Positions 9,138 to 17,564 are shown, numbered from the stretch's first letter. The stretch is DNA of 24,000 nt from Nitrospirales bacterium (GCA_965203295.1 CBDBCZ010000013.1:847339-871338); one strand, 5' to 3'. Notes: generated by a model from the sequence alone, not told the origin. Program-made: numbers and translations.

Positions 9138-9297
9138 CTCTTTCCCAGCCAAGTTTTAATACATCCATAAGGCTAATGTGAATTTATATAGGCATTTTTA
9201 TATTAGGCGTTAATATAAAGTACATGTTTTTTCTATTTTATATGGGCACAATCAACGAGGCGCGATTGCGCCCCATGTGAACGATTAACCCTCTCTT
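9128..9297 (+). repeat. 3'-terminal non-coding part of the same element, with an inverted second copy at 20941-21100
   Basis: TTTAACTCTTTCCCAGCCAA...CCATAAGGCTAATGTGAATTTATATAGGCATTTTTATATTAGGCGTTAATATAAAGTACA aligns at about 75-80% with the reverse complement of 20941-21100. Both copies end at ..CG[AT]TTAA..CCC. Confidence 0.65.
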
Positions 9298-9704
9298 TTG
9301 TTTTGCTCTGTTGTTTCCTTTTTGTTTCAAGTTTATATACCCTTTGTTTTCTTTTGGTTACTCCTGCATTGCTGGACGATGTTTTGTTTCTATATAATTA
9401 TTATTATTCAATAATTATCCGCGAAAAAAAAATTGCCAGGACTCTCCAACTCACGCGATTTATTTATCCGTTCACTTCGGTGAGAAACGGAGGGTGTGGT
9501 GGCCTCCGCGTCGATATACAAACGGTTCTATACGTGGGCTCCACTGAGTCTTCAACTGGGCCTGTCGACGCCTTATATGTAAGTTAAGTTGCGCCCTGAC
9601 GTTGTAGGCGCGACCGCGAGTATTGCCGCTTTATCGTACGTATAGACATAATTGTCGCAGCCTATATCGCCATTGTCAGGGCTTGTTCTTCTCTGCACTA
9701 GGTG

Positions 9705-10381
9705 ACCGTATAGCGGGAAATTTTCGCGCTTTTCGCGGCCGTGACGATTTTGCGAAAAATAAGAACTTCAAAATTTTGAAACGGTGAACTTTTGACATTT
9801 TGGCATTTTATGGGGATTAACCCGTGGGTTAATCCGAGTTCATTAGAAGAGGCGGAGCTACGCATGCGCTCCAAAGAGATCTTACCGCCTTTTCCACTCC
9901 AGTAGCAGGAGCGGTTGCTGACAAAAGAGCCACGAAGAGAGTGTCCATTAGTTGACCCACCCAGCATACCCTCCCTCTGAAGCCTGGCATGTGGAGATAT
10001 ATGGCCAGATGTAGACAGGATTCGTAGAAACTCTCCATCGTCATGGCGTACATACATGTCGATGTGATCAGAGTAAGGGGTGAGACATAATTGGGGCGAG
10101 CACCCCCAATTTCCTCCCAAACACAGCTTATATCAGTCCATTAAGCAATGCGGGCAATAGGATGGACTGCACCCTTACTCTCCCACCAATTAGTAGCTTA
10201 CGGCATAGATAGTACTACTATCTATGCTTACGGTGATAGCATAGGATGGTCACGTCCATTATAGGAAATCACTAATTACCGACACTGGCACAGGATGGCC
10301 ACGCCCATTAAAGGCAATCACTAATTATCGTCACTAGTTAACGCAAAAATTTTCACCTGCGAAAATTTTCCGCTATACGGT
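9705..10381. repeat. Segment of about 680 bp bounded by 23-bp inverted repeats (22/23 match), a possible non-autonomous DNA element
   Basis: ACCGTATAGCGGGAAATTTTCGC at 9705-9727 matches the reverse complement of 10359-10381 (ACCGTATAGCGGAAAATTTTCGC). Inside are further GCGAAAA motifs and 49-bp tandem units at 10241-10286 and 10290-10335. No target-site duplication is seen. Confidence 0.45.
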
Positions 10382-10541
10382 ATATTTATGACTGTACACT
10401 TCCAGGCTGCTAAATTATCGTCCTTGATCTCTGACAATGCTCTGTTCGAAACCACAGTACTAACTAGTAATGAGTGTGTTTGGCCCGCGAGACTGCTGGT
10501 GAGCGCGTTTATATTCAACTGAGCGCTTTCGCGTGCATATA

Positions 10542-10565
10542 ATAGATAGATAGATAGATAGATAA
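10542..10565. repeat. (GATA)n microsatellite
   Basis: ATAGATAGATAGATAGATAGATA read directly from the sequence. Confidence 0.9.
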
Positions 10566-10567
10566 TT

Positions 10568-10616
10568 ATTAATGTCTCGCCACTTGGGCAGCAGGCCAAA
10601 ACTGGCCTATGAGACA
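10568..10616 (+). repeat. Solo copy of the terminal inverted repeat of the 17865-18179 element
   Basis: ATTAATGTCTCGCCACTTGGGCAGCAGGCCAAAACTGGCCTATGAGACAG resembles 18127-18179. No partner TIR was found nearby. Confidence 0.5.
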
Positions 10617-11189
10617 GTGTGCACATACACGATAGGTGGTCACAGTCATACACACATCTACAAAAGAAAGCATATTAATAAGGACATCAGAGAAGAGAAG
10701 AGACAGAATAGTGGGACTAGTGGGTGAATGGCGAGTACAGATACCACAATTATTTTTATTTTTTTCTTTTTTTTTTTCTTTCACAGACACCAGACACAGA
10801 TCAAAACCACACAGCAATGGTAATTTACAGCCGACAAAAAGCATGATGGGAATAATACAAAATTTAATAAAAGTACAAATAAAATGGATGTATGACTTGA
10901 ATTGGTTATAGTTTTTGTTTCAAAAAGTACAAAACAGCGTAGCATACAGCACATCGATGGGACTGACATAAAACAATAGGAGCAGAGACATGAGTGTATA
11001 ACCTTAGCCAATGGATAGATGTAAGTGTGGGTCAGTTTTCCCTTACAAATCGGGATATAAAGGAGCAAAAGGTAGTCCGTGGGAAGGGAGGTATTGTGCA
11101 GTGACTTAGATACTAAACAAATTCTTCAGTGGAATCTAAAGAGATATTCATGGGTTGAGGTCGTGTCACCCTTGGATCTGCCAGTGACT

Positions 11190-11440
11190 TCTAGGATTGT
11201 GGTCGAGGTAAGATAACGTTTGGTGTGAAGATATATAGAGTACAAAGTCACATAGGATGATGCAGACTTTAGGGATCGTGGTCGAGGCATAATACAGTTT
11301 GGTGTGTAAAGTGTTAGATGCATGGATATAGTAGGGACAGACGATGAAGTATACTAACTACATAATACAGTAAGTTTGGTGTGTAAAGTGATAGTTGCAT
11401 GGATATAGTAGGAACAAACAATGAATTATACTAACTATAG
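11190..11440. repeat. Short tandem array with units of about 73-80 bp
   Basis: CATAATACAG(TAA)TTTGGTGTGTAAAGTG.TAG.TGCATGGATATAGTAGG.ACA.AC.ATGAA.TATACTAACTA occurs at 11288-11360 and 11361-11440. An older diverged unit lies at about 11190-11270 (..GTGGTCGAGG.A..ATA.....TTTGGTGTG..). Confidence 0.6.
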
Positions 11441-11561
11441 TAACTAGTAACAGTGCGGATCGTGCTAGTGTCTGCATTAATTTCTCTCTCTTTTTTTTTT
11501 TCTTTTTTTTTTTGTGACTATCTTAACCCACAAGAGGAGAAAAGGGAGGAGGACGAAAATA

Positions 11562-11576
11562 GGGGGGGGGGGGGGG
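11562..11576. repeat. G15 homopolymer (C15 on the LINE sense strand) in the LINE 3' UTR
   Basis: Read directly from the sequence. Confidence 0.9.
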
Positions 11577-11638
11577 TTCAGAGGGGAAGGAACAGAAAAA
11601 TAAGTGAACATATAATTATAAGCATACTATAAAAATAG

Positions 11639-14600
11639 TTAACATTCGGTCAGACTTCTTTGGAGTAGGTACATTTCATATATAAGTTTGCTTACTGCCG
11701 TATCGTGCGCACAGAGGGACATAATTAGGATCGTCTTCTCCACAGGGGGCAGGGTGTAAAAACTTGGCCCACCTAGTGCATCTGATGCAACTTGGTAGAG
11801 CTTTGCTCTGAGTTCCATGAGGGGGTGACAGAAGTTTACGAAATGGACTTCATCGCCTAAGCCTTCCTTGCATAGCTGGCAGGTTCTTTGCTGCAGTGGG
11901 ATTTTGGGAGATCTGTATCTCCCCAGTTCGACGTCAAGTGGGAGGCATCCACACCGAAACATAGTTATGATGCGTCTTTTGCCAGCAGAGATAGACCTAT
12001 TCACGTATAGTTCCTGAGATGGCTCATCTTTTACGTGTCTATAAAAACGGAGACGACCACCGGATTCCGAGTTACTTGGAGTCGTTTGGACCGAGGCCTC
12101 CCACTTCTGAAATTCCCTATCCATGATAGCTATCCAAACATCCTTTTCTGTACAGGAATGTGGCAACTGGTTGTGGTCACGTAGAGAGTCCAGGAGGTTC
12201 GTTGTGCTTCGGGCCCAGTTCTTCCTCCCGGACTCTGCAAGAGACTTACTCCACACATAGATCTTATGAGTTAGCCTATTCCCTTCCATTGACTTTACTC
12301 TGTACCAGAATCTAAGAATGCTGAAGTCAATATAAGCCTTGAAGGGGATCCATCCTGTCTCACCAAAAAGGCCTGCCAAAGGGCATGTTTTATTCACTCC
12401 CAAAAAACATCTTAAGGCTCTATGCTGAATGCTCATAATTTTAGGGAGGACCTTGTGCCCCCAGATACATGCGTTTGTCATTATAATTGGTTGGACAAGC
12501 TGCGTAAAGAGCAAGGTATAAGTCTCAAAATGAAAACCCCCAGTCGCTCTCATTCTATGATTAAGAAGGGCGAGTGCCCTGTTAGCCTTGTGAATAATTC
12601 CCTCTACTGACACATTCCAGTCTAAATGTTCATGTAGGAGCAAACCCAAGTACTTATACTGCGAGGTGTATAGAATCTCATAATCCTGGAAGGTGAAAGT
12701 AACAGAGGACCTAGGTTTACTTCGCAATCTCCTCCGAAAGTGGACTATATTAGTTTTAGTCGTGTTAATATTCATTTCCCACTTTGCACACCACCCCGCA
12801 ACTACATCAATAAGGCATTGTAGGTTTCCTGCGGAGGGGGCAAGGAGAACTACATCATCTGCGTAAAGGAGTGCAGATATGCTACAAGTCTGACATTCAA
12901 CTCCAGCCTGCTTGGAGTTTATTTCACTCACCAAGTCATCTATGAACATCGCAAATAGTGTAGGCGAGAGAATACACCCCTGTTTTACCCCATTGTTGAC
13001 AGTGAACCAGTCGGTAAAAGCTTGATTCACATCTACCACACATCTAACATCTGCATACAGAGCCTGCAGTGCGGTGAGGAAATTTCCGAATAGGCCAAAA
13101 CGCACTGACAGTTTATCCCAAAGGAGGTCTCGGTTTACGCAGTCAAAAGCCTTTTTAAAATCCACAAAACAAGCAAAGGTATCTTTTTTTTGACACATAC
13201 AATTTTCTATTACGGATGTGAGTGCAAAAATATGGTCCTGACAGGATCTATTTGCCCTAAAACCATTCTGCTCATCACTAAGTGCATCATTACTTTCCAA
13301 CCAATCCCTAAGCCGGGAGTTTAACATCCTACAATATGACTTGGCCACAAAAGATTGGAGGGCTATACCTCTGTAATTAGTGGTTGATTGAGGGTCAAGG
13401 TGGGACTTAGGTATGGGTTTGATTACGGTTTTAAACCATGCAGATGGAACTTCTCCGTGTTGATAGCAATAGTTAAAGAGGGAATGTAAGAAATCAATAC
13501 ATACATCGTTTTTAATAAAGAGAGGTTGAATTTGGTCAAATCCGGGTGATTTAGCATTGTCATTTGCCAGGATGGCACTTTTCACTTCTTCGTATGAGAA
13601 AGTGGCATTAAGCTCCGAGGCATCTAAGTTCAGAGATTCAGAGGGGAGAGCAGCCGTTAAACTATGCCCGCTGGTGTGTGGGTTTAAAAGCGAGCAAAAA
13701 TAGTCCCTCCACATAGATAGTACTTCACTACCTTCAGTAACCGTCTGACCATCTGCTGTACGCATAGTGCTGGGCAGCTCATGGGTGGTTGACCCAATAC
13801 CCTTTACAAAGTTCCAAAAGGCCTTGGGGTTACGTTTCTGCTGATCTAGAAGCCTGTTTTGTCTCTCTCTCCGGTAACGGCGCTTGCTTTTCCGTACTAA
13901 TTTACTAAATTCTTTCTGGCTATGAAGATAAAGCTCCCTAAGATCGTTGTTACTTTTGTTCTGTTCCCATGCCTTGAGAGAGAACCTAACAGCTTTGGCT
14001 AATTCCCTTAGTTCCTCATTCCACCAGGCTTTTCGGCGATTTGAAGTGTGACTGAGGTTCGTAGGAGATTGGTCCCCAATTTGTTCGTCAATTACTTTAC
14101 AGAAGGAGTCATACACTGTATTAACGTCGACGTGTGAGGTATCGAATAAGAGTTGAGCAGCTAGCGATTGCACTTTTCCAGCAGTTGCTGCATCTTGCAT
14201 GTATTCAGGAGGAACTTTTCTCCTGGCCCTAGGTTTTCTACCATTGATTTTCCTTACTGTAGTGAGGGATTGCTTAACATCCACAGTGAGGATTCTGTGG
14301 TCTGGAATAGTGGAATCAATAGGAATACCCTTAGAGATAATAGTGCCAGGGATGTCGTGAACCTGAAAATTGCTGAAAAGACCTAAGGACGTAAGGGGGG
14401 CTATACAGTAATCCACCACCGATAACCCTTTGGTGGAGACAGAAGTAAAATTATCTTTAGTCGGCTCAAATCGCCCATTTAGTATACCTAATTCTAGGGT
14501 ACGTAGCATTTCAATTAACTCCTTTCCAATTTTGTTACTTATGTTGTCCACTGAAATTCTAGTAGGAATATTATCTACTCCTGGGGCATCATCTAGGGAA

Positions 14601-15253
14601 CCACACCTTGCATTCAAGTCACCACATATTAGGAAATCTCCCAAATGGTAATTATCTATGACCAGGGCTTTCAGAGTATCAAAAAATTCTTGGGATTTGT
14701 CCCCCCTGGACGATCCTATTGGTGGGAGGTAACATACACAAATACCGACCTGTTTCCCATTTTGCCTTTGGATTAACTGCAGCCACAGAATACCCTCATA
14801 CTTCTCTGCTATAGCTGCAACATTGTAGTGCTCTAAGACTGAATGCTTTATTAGTACCCCTACTCCTCCAGACCCTCTGATGGCTCTTTTCGAGATAGAC
14901 TTACGATTGTTTCCATACCAACTATAGCCTTCCATATTAATGGCGTGGTCGTCTCTTAAGAAGGTTTCACACAAACATACAATATCTAGGTCAAGGGCCT
15001 TAATCACATTACAACGTAGTTTCTGGGCAGGGTCTAAGCTCCACCCACAAACATTCCAGACACCTATCGACAGGTTGTCTGGGCAGGGAGAGGAGGAAGT
15101 TGGAGGCTCATTAGTGCTGGGATTCTGTAGCGCCTTATTGGCGGAAAAGCAGCGGTGTTGGGTGGGCACTGTGGAGGGGGATGTTTGTTGCTCAGAGGTG
15201 GTAATTTCAGGCTCATCAAGGGAAGTGGGCGTTTGGATAAAAAAGGCTGACAA
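11639..15253 (-). CDS. LINE ORF2: APE-type endonuclease, reverse transcriptase and C-terminal CCHC zinc knuckle
   Basis: EN motifs at about 14276-15073 are GVWNVCGW, CLCETFL, GDLNARCG, VVDYCI and PDHRILTV. RT motifs at about 12614-13561 are FRANRSCQDHIF, FVDFKKAFDCVNRDLLW, GVKQGCILSPTLF and LLYADDVVLLA (YADD at 12854-12865). The knuckle CQLCKEGLGDEVHFVNFC lies at about 11826-11882. The track 'M' at 15253 is TTG, not ATG. The frame is open from 15262. Confidence 0.92.
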   Translation of the reverse strand: MSAFFIQTPTSLDEPEITTSEQQTSPSTVPTQHRCFSANKALQNPSTNEPPTSSSPCPDNLSIGVWNVCGWSLDPAQKLRCNVIKALDLDIVCLCETFLRDDHAINMEGYSWYGNNRKSISKRAIRGSGGVGVLIKHSVLEHYNVAAIAEKYEGILWLQLIQRQNGKQVGICVCYLPPIGSSRGDKSQEFFDTLKALVIDNYHLGDFLICGDLNARCGSLDDAPGVDNIPTRISVDNISNKIGKELIEMLRTLELGILNGRFEPTKDNFTSVSTKGLSVVDYCIAPLTSLGLFSNFQVHDIPGTIISKGIPIDSTIPDHRILTVDVKQSLTTVRKINGRKPRARRKVPPEYMQDAATAGKVQSLAAQLLFDTSHVDVNTVYDSFCKVIDEQIGDQSPTNLSHTSNRRKAWWNEELRELAKAVRFSLKAWEQNKSNNDLRELYLHSQKEFSKLVRKSKRRYRRERQNRLLDQQKRNPKAFWNFVKGIGSTTHELPSTMRTADGQTVTEGSEVLSMWRDYFCSLLNPHTSGHSLTAALPSESLNLDASELNATFSYEEVKSAILANDNAKSPGFDQIQPLFIKNDVCIDFLHSLFNYCYQHGEVPSAWFKTVIKPIPKSHLDPQSTTNYRGIALQSFVAKSYCRMLNSRLRDWLESNDALSDEQNGFRANRSCQDHIFALTSVIENCMCQKKDTFACFVDFKKAFDCVNRDLLWDKLSVRFGLFGNFLTALQALYADVRCVVDVNQAFTDWFTVNNGVKQGCILSPTLFAMFIDDLVSEINSKQAGVECQTCSISALLYADDVVLLAPSAGNLQCLIDVVAGWCAKWEMNINTTKTNIVHFRRRLRSKPRSSVTFTFQDYEILYTSQYKYLGLLLHEHLDWNVSVEGIIHKANRALALLNHRMRATGGFHFETYTLLFTQLVQPIIMTNACIWGHKVLPKIMSIQHRALRCFLGVNKTCPLAGLFGETGWIPFKAYIDFSILRFWYRVKSMEGNRLTHKIYVWSKSLAESGRKNWARSTTNLLDSLRDHNQLPHSCTEKDVWIAIMDREFQKWEASVQTTPSNSESGGRLRFYRHVKDEPSQELYVNRSISAGKRRIITMFRCGCLPLDVELGRYRSPKIPLQQRTCQLCKEGLGDEVHFVNFCHPLMELRAKLYQVASDALGGPSFYTLPPVEKTILIMSLCAHDTAVSKLIYEMYLLQRSLTEC

Positions 15254-16329
15254 GCGGCTGGATCATGTGGACACTGAGAAACAGGCGGCCTTGTATTAGA
15301 GGGCTTCCTGGATGGTTTCCGAGGAGGGAGCAGGCTAAGGAACCATGGCAGGTGATGACTGTTTTTCAGGCCCTGGTCTAGCAAGTTACACCTATCAAGG
15401 TTGGCACAGGTCACTTTCAAAAACTTCTTTGTTGATCCCGAGAAGGAGGATTCACTCAAGGGCATTGTCAAACTATAGCCCTCCAGAGTGATACCCCCTT
15501 TTGACAATTGGTCTTCTACTTCCTGTATGCTCAAGCGACTAGGCACATTGCGTAGGTACACTACCACCGGAGAGCTGGCGGGGGGACAATTTTGAGTATT
15601 GTCACAATTGTCTTGGGTGTAGTTGTGACCTGTGTCTCTAGGTGGGTTTGCCTGTTTGTTAGACAGGGCTTGTGAGGCAGACTGGGCTGGAAGGTCGCCT
15701 ACTGTAGACTGGGTTACTGGATGGTCCATAGGGCTATGGGTAGTGGATCGTTGCAGCTGGGGGGGCCTGGACAGTGGATTCACTACCTGCAGAGGGTGCT
15801 GGGAAGTGGGCGGATTTGAAGGCAGTGGGTGACAGTTCCCCTGAGGCACTTGGTCCCTCCCTGCATTATCCCCATCACTATTGTCTAGTAGCTGAAGTGG
15901 AGCAAATCTGTTTCGAGACAGTGGGATTTGTAGGTCTGAGCTCGTGGGTGTGGTGGGGAGGTTCAAAGGGGCAGAGGCGGTATCCAAGGTCATGAATTCA
16001 ACAGCTTGAGATAGTTCTTTCATTGCGGTTTGGAGCTCACTTACAGTTTGCTCCAGGAGGGGGACTTTAGAGACTTCTATACGCAGTGCTGTTAACTCAC
16101 TAGCCAGCTCCGAGACTGTTGGTTTCACAGATTTCCAGTTATCGAGGCATTTGGGGCAAAACCACTGGAACCCCTCTAACTTCCCTGCTAGCTTGTAGGC
16201 TTGCTTTGTAACCCCTACACAGTCAGTATGAGCCCACTTGTTACACACATCACACTGCAAGGCTTGACTATGCTTCGTGATGGTGGTCGTGCATGACTCT
16301 AAGAGACATGCAACGCTGTCAGTTGCCAT
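15064..16329 (-). CDS. LINE ORF1: PHD-like zinc finger, coiled coil, P/S/T-rich linker and RRM-like region
   Basis: The ORF has a true ATG at 16329. The Cys/His pattern is C-x4-C-x12-C-x2-C-x4-H-x2-C-x24-C-x2-C (..CDVCNKWAHTDC...WFCPKC, about 16143-16308). A heptad-like stretch reads VSELASELTALRIEVSKVPLLEQTVSELQTAMKELSQAVE. The beta-alpha-like VVVYLRNVPSRLSIQEVEDQLSKGGITLEGY follows. Confidence 0.8.
   Translation of the reverse strand: MATDSVACLLESCTTTITKHSQALQCDVCNKWAHTDCVGVTKQAYKLAGKLEGFQWFCPKCLDNWKSVKPTVSELASELTALRIEVSKVPLLEQTVSELQTAMKELSQAVEFMTLDTASAPLNLPTTPTSSDLQIPLSRNRFAPLQLLDNSDGDNAGRDQVPQGNCHPLPSNPPTSQHPLQVVNPLSRPPQLQRSTTHSPMDHPVTQSTVGDLPAQSASQALSNKQANPPRDTGHNYTQDNCDNTQNCPPASSPVVVYLRNVPSRLSIQEVEDQLSKGGITLEGYSLTMPLSESSFSGSTKKFLKVTCANLDRCNLLDQGLKNSHHLPWFLSLLPPRKPSRKPSNTRPPVSQCPHDPAACQPFLSKRPLPLMSLKLPPLSNKHPPPQCPPNTAAFPPIRRYRIPALMSLQLPPLPAQTTCR
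15238..15244 (-). promoter_or_regulatory. Candidate -1 ribosomal frameshift slippery heptamer U UUU UUA in the ORF1 zero frame
   Basis: The minus-strand ORF1 codons are CCT TTT TTA (15246-15238). ORF2 lies in the -1 frame, and a slip gives TTT TTT ATC CAA = FFIQ, the start of ORF2. Confidence 0.5.
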
Positions 16330-16339
16330 ACTCAGTAGA

Positions 16340-16368
16340 GGGGGGGGGGTGGGGGGGGGGGGGTGGGG
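16340..16368. repeat. G10-T-G13-T-G4 tract (C-tract on the LINE sense strand) 11 nt upstream of the ORF1 ATG
   Basis: Read directly from the sequence. Confidence 0.9.
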
Positions 16369-16565
16369 CTGTCCTTGTAGGTATCGCTACCAAGTTCAGC
16401 TCTTTGCTAGGAGTCACTTTTTACAAACGTTAAATTTAGCGTAACTTACCGGCAGAGTGTGCTCTAGCCTCGCGTAGAGTCTGGCTATGCGAGACTAAGA
16501 GTGCTCCTGTTAGCCAGTTTTATGCAGCAAGATTTGTGTTTTGACAACTTCTAGTAACCTATATG

Positions 16566-17347
16566 AACTGCTATTAGGATCATAAATGATTGATATATAG
16601 CTAGTAGCATTAAAAGTTGCCACCTGTCAGAATTGCAACATGCTTGCACTGTCATCACTCTCAAAATTGCTTAGACCAGCATGCAGACAGCTAGCTGGTA
16701 TAAGGTACATATTCACCAAACATGATTGTAATTAATTCCCTGGGAAGTCCACCCATAAAGCTATTGGCGGTGGCAACTCGCGAAGCGAACGAGAGTGTGA
16801 AGCGTGCGTTGGAGAAGCAATCCGAGAATGGGAATGCCGCCGCCACAATAAAGATAAGATCGAAAAGTACTTGAATTAGCCGCAAAATGGCAAAATCGCA
16901 AAGGTTTCTCACACGCAAAATATTGCAGCATTGCGGTAATAGGCCTATTCATCTTCTGAGTATGTGACGGCGAGAGGTCTGGGGAATCCCCAGGGAAGTC
17001 CTCTAACTGTAAACAATTCACTACCACTACAAAGTCATAGGCCATTTTCGGTCTACTGCCCCTGAGGCGTGACGTAAAAATGCTTATCTATCTGTCTATA
17101 TGGGTGTAAGTATGGTATGCTATAGGTCATGAGCTGGACTGTCGGATTATGTCGTCAATCGCGATGTGGGCGTGGCGACGCTAGGATATTTTTCTCGGGG
17201 CAGATTGTTCAAAGATGAGCCATGGCTGCTATAGGCCTATAGGAGAGGTTGTGCTGCTTGAGTCATATTCGCTTTGCTCGGTCGTACCATAGCTAGCAGA
17301 GTAGAAGGTACTTCTACTCAACTATCTAGTGCTGATAGTTATCTCTA
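16566..17347. repeat. Copy A of an approximately 0.8-kb dispersed/tandem repeat (partner: copy B at 17565-18117)
   Basis: Long collinear identity with copy B, for example ..GGATCATAAATG..TAGCTAGTAGCATTAAAAGTTGCCACCTGTCAGAATTGCAACATG.TTGCACTGTCATCACTCTCAAAATTGCTT.. and ..GAGGTCTGGGGAATCCCCAGGGAAGTCCTCTAACTGTAAACAATTCACTACCACTA... Copy A carries extra blocks at about 16725-16925 and 17165-17240. Confidence 0.8.
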
Positions 17348-17376
17348 CTTCTACCGAGGCTACAGCTAGCTAATGT

Positions 17377-17563
17377 GGTAGCTGTAGTAAGCTCCGGGTA
17401 ATTGCCGGGATCTCTGACCCTTCTTGCATTGTAGGTTACGAAGATGGTATGCTTGTGCCAGTGACACCATTTTGCATGTGCCTTCATAAAGCACCATATA
17501 AATTATTTGGTCATAACTCAAACTGGAGAAACCCTACATTAGTTTGCGCATGTTATAAATTGC
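17377..17563. repeat. Repeat of about 190 bp (X1), with a second direct copy X2 at 18832-19030
   Basis: GGTAGCTGTAGTAAGCTCC...GGATCTCTGA.CCTTCTTGCATTGTAGGT...CATGTGCCTTCATAAAGCACCATATAAATTATTTGGTCAT.ACTCAAACTGGAGAAACCCTACATTAGTTTGCGCATGTTA is shared by both copies. Confidence 0.8.
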
Positions 17564-17564
17564 T

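Larger units (their letters stand above)
11481..16500 (-). mobile_element. Full-length non-LTR (LINE) retrotransposon with two intact overlapping ORFs. Tentatively L1/Tx1-like in architecture. Both ends are approximate.
   Basis: ORF1 and ORF2 are as listed below. The 3' end carries an A-rich tail on the minus strand, A11 G A11 (GA)n, at 11484-11513. The 5' UTR of about 170 nt includes a long C-tract. No stop codons interrupt the 1204-codon ORF2, which suggests a young copy. Confidence 0.9.

Noticed and set aside
11444-11451. CTAGTAAC at 11444-11451 and 16551-16558 as the target-site duplication of the LINE
   Set aside because: An 8-mer match within flanks of about 50 bp is only marginally unlikely by chance. 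It would place about 30 nt of non-A sequence after the A-rich tail. I keep it as a possibility but not as a call.
12422-15299. Plus-strand ORFs inside the LINE (12422..12610, 14168..14386, 14430..14651, 14940..15299, 15632..15995)
   Set aside because: They are antisense shadows of ORF1 and ORF2, short and without motifs.
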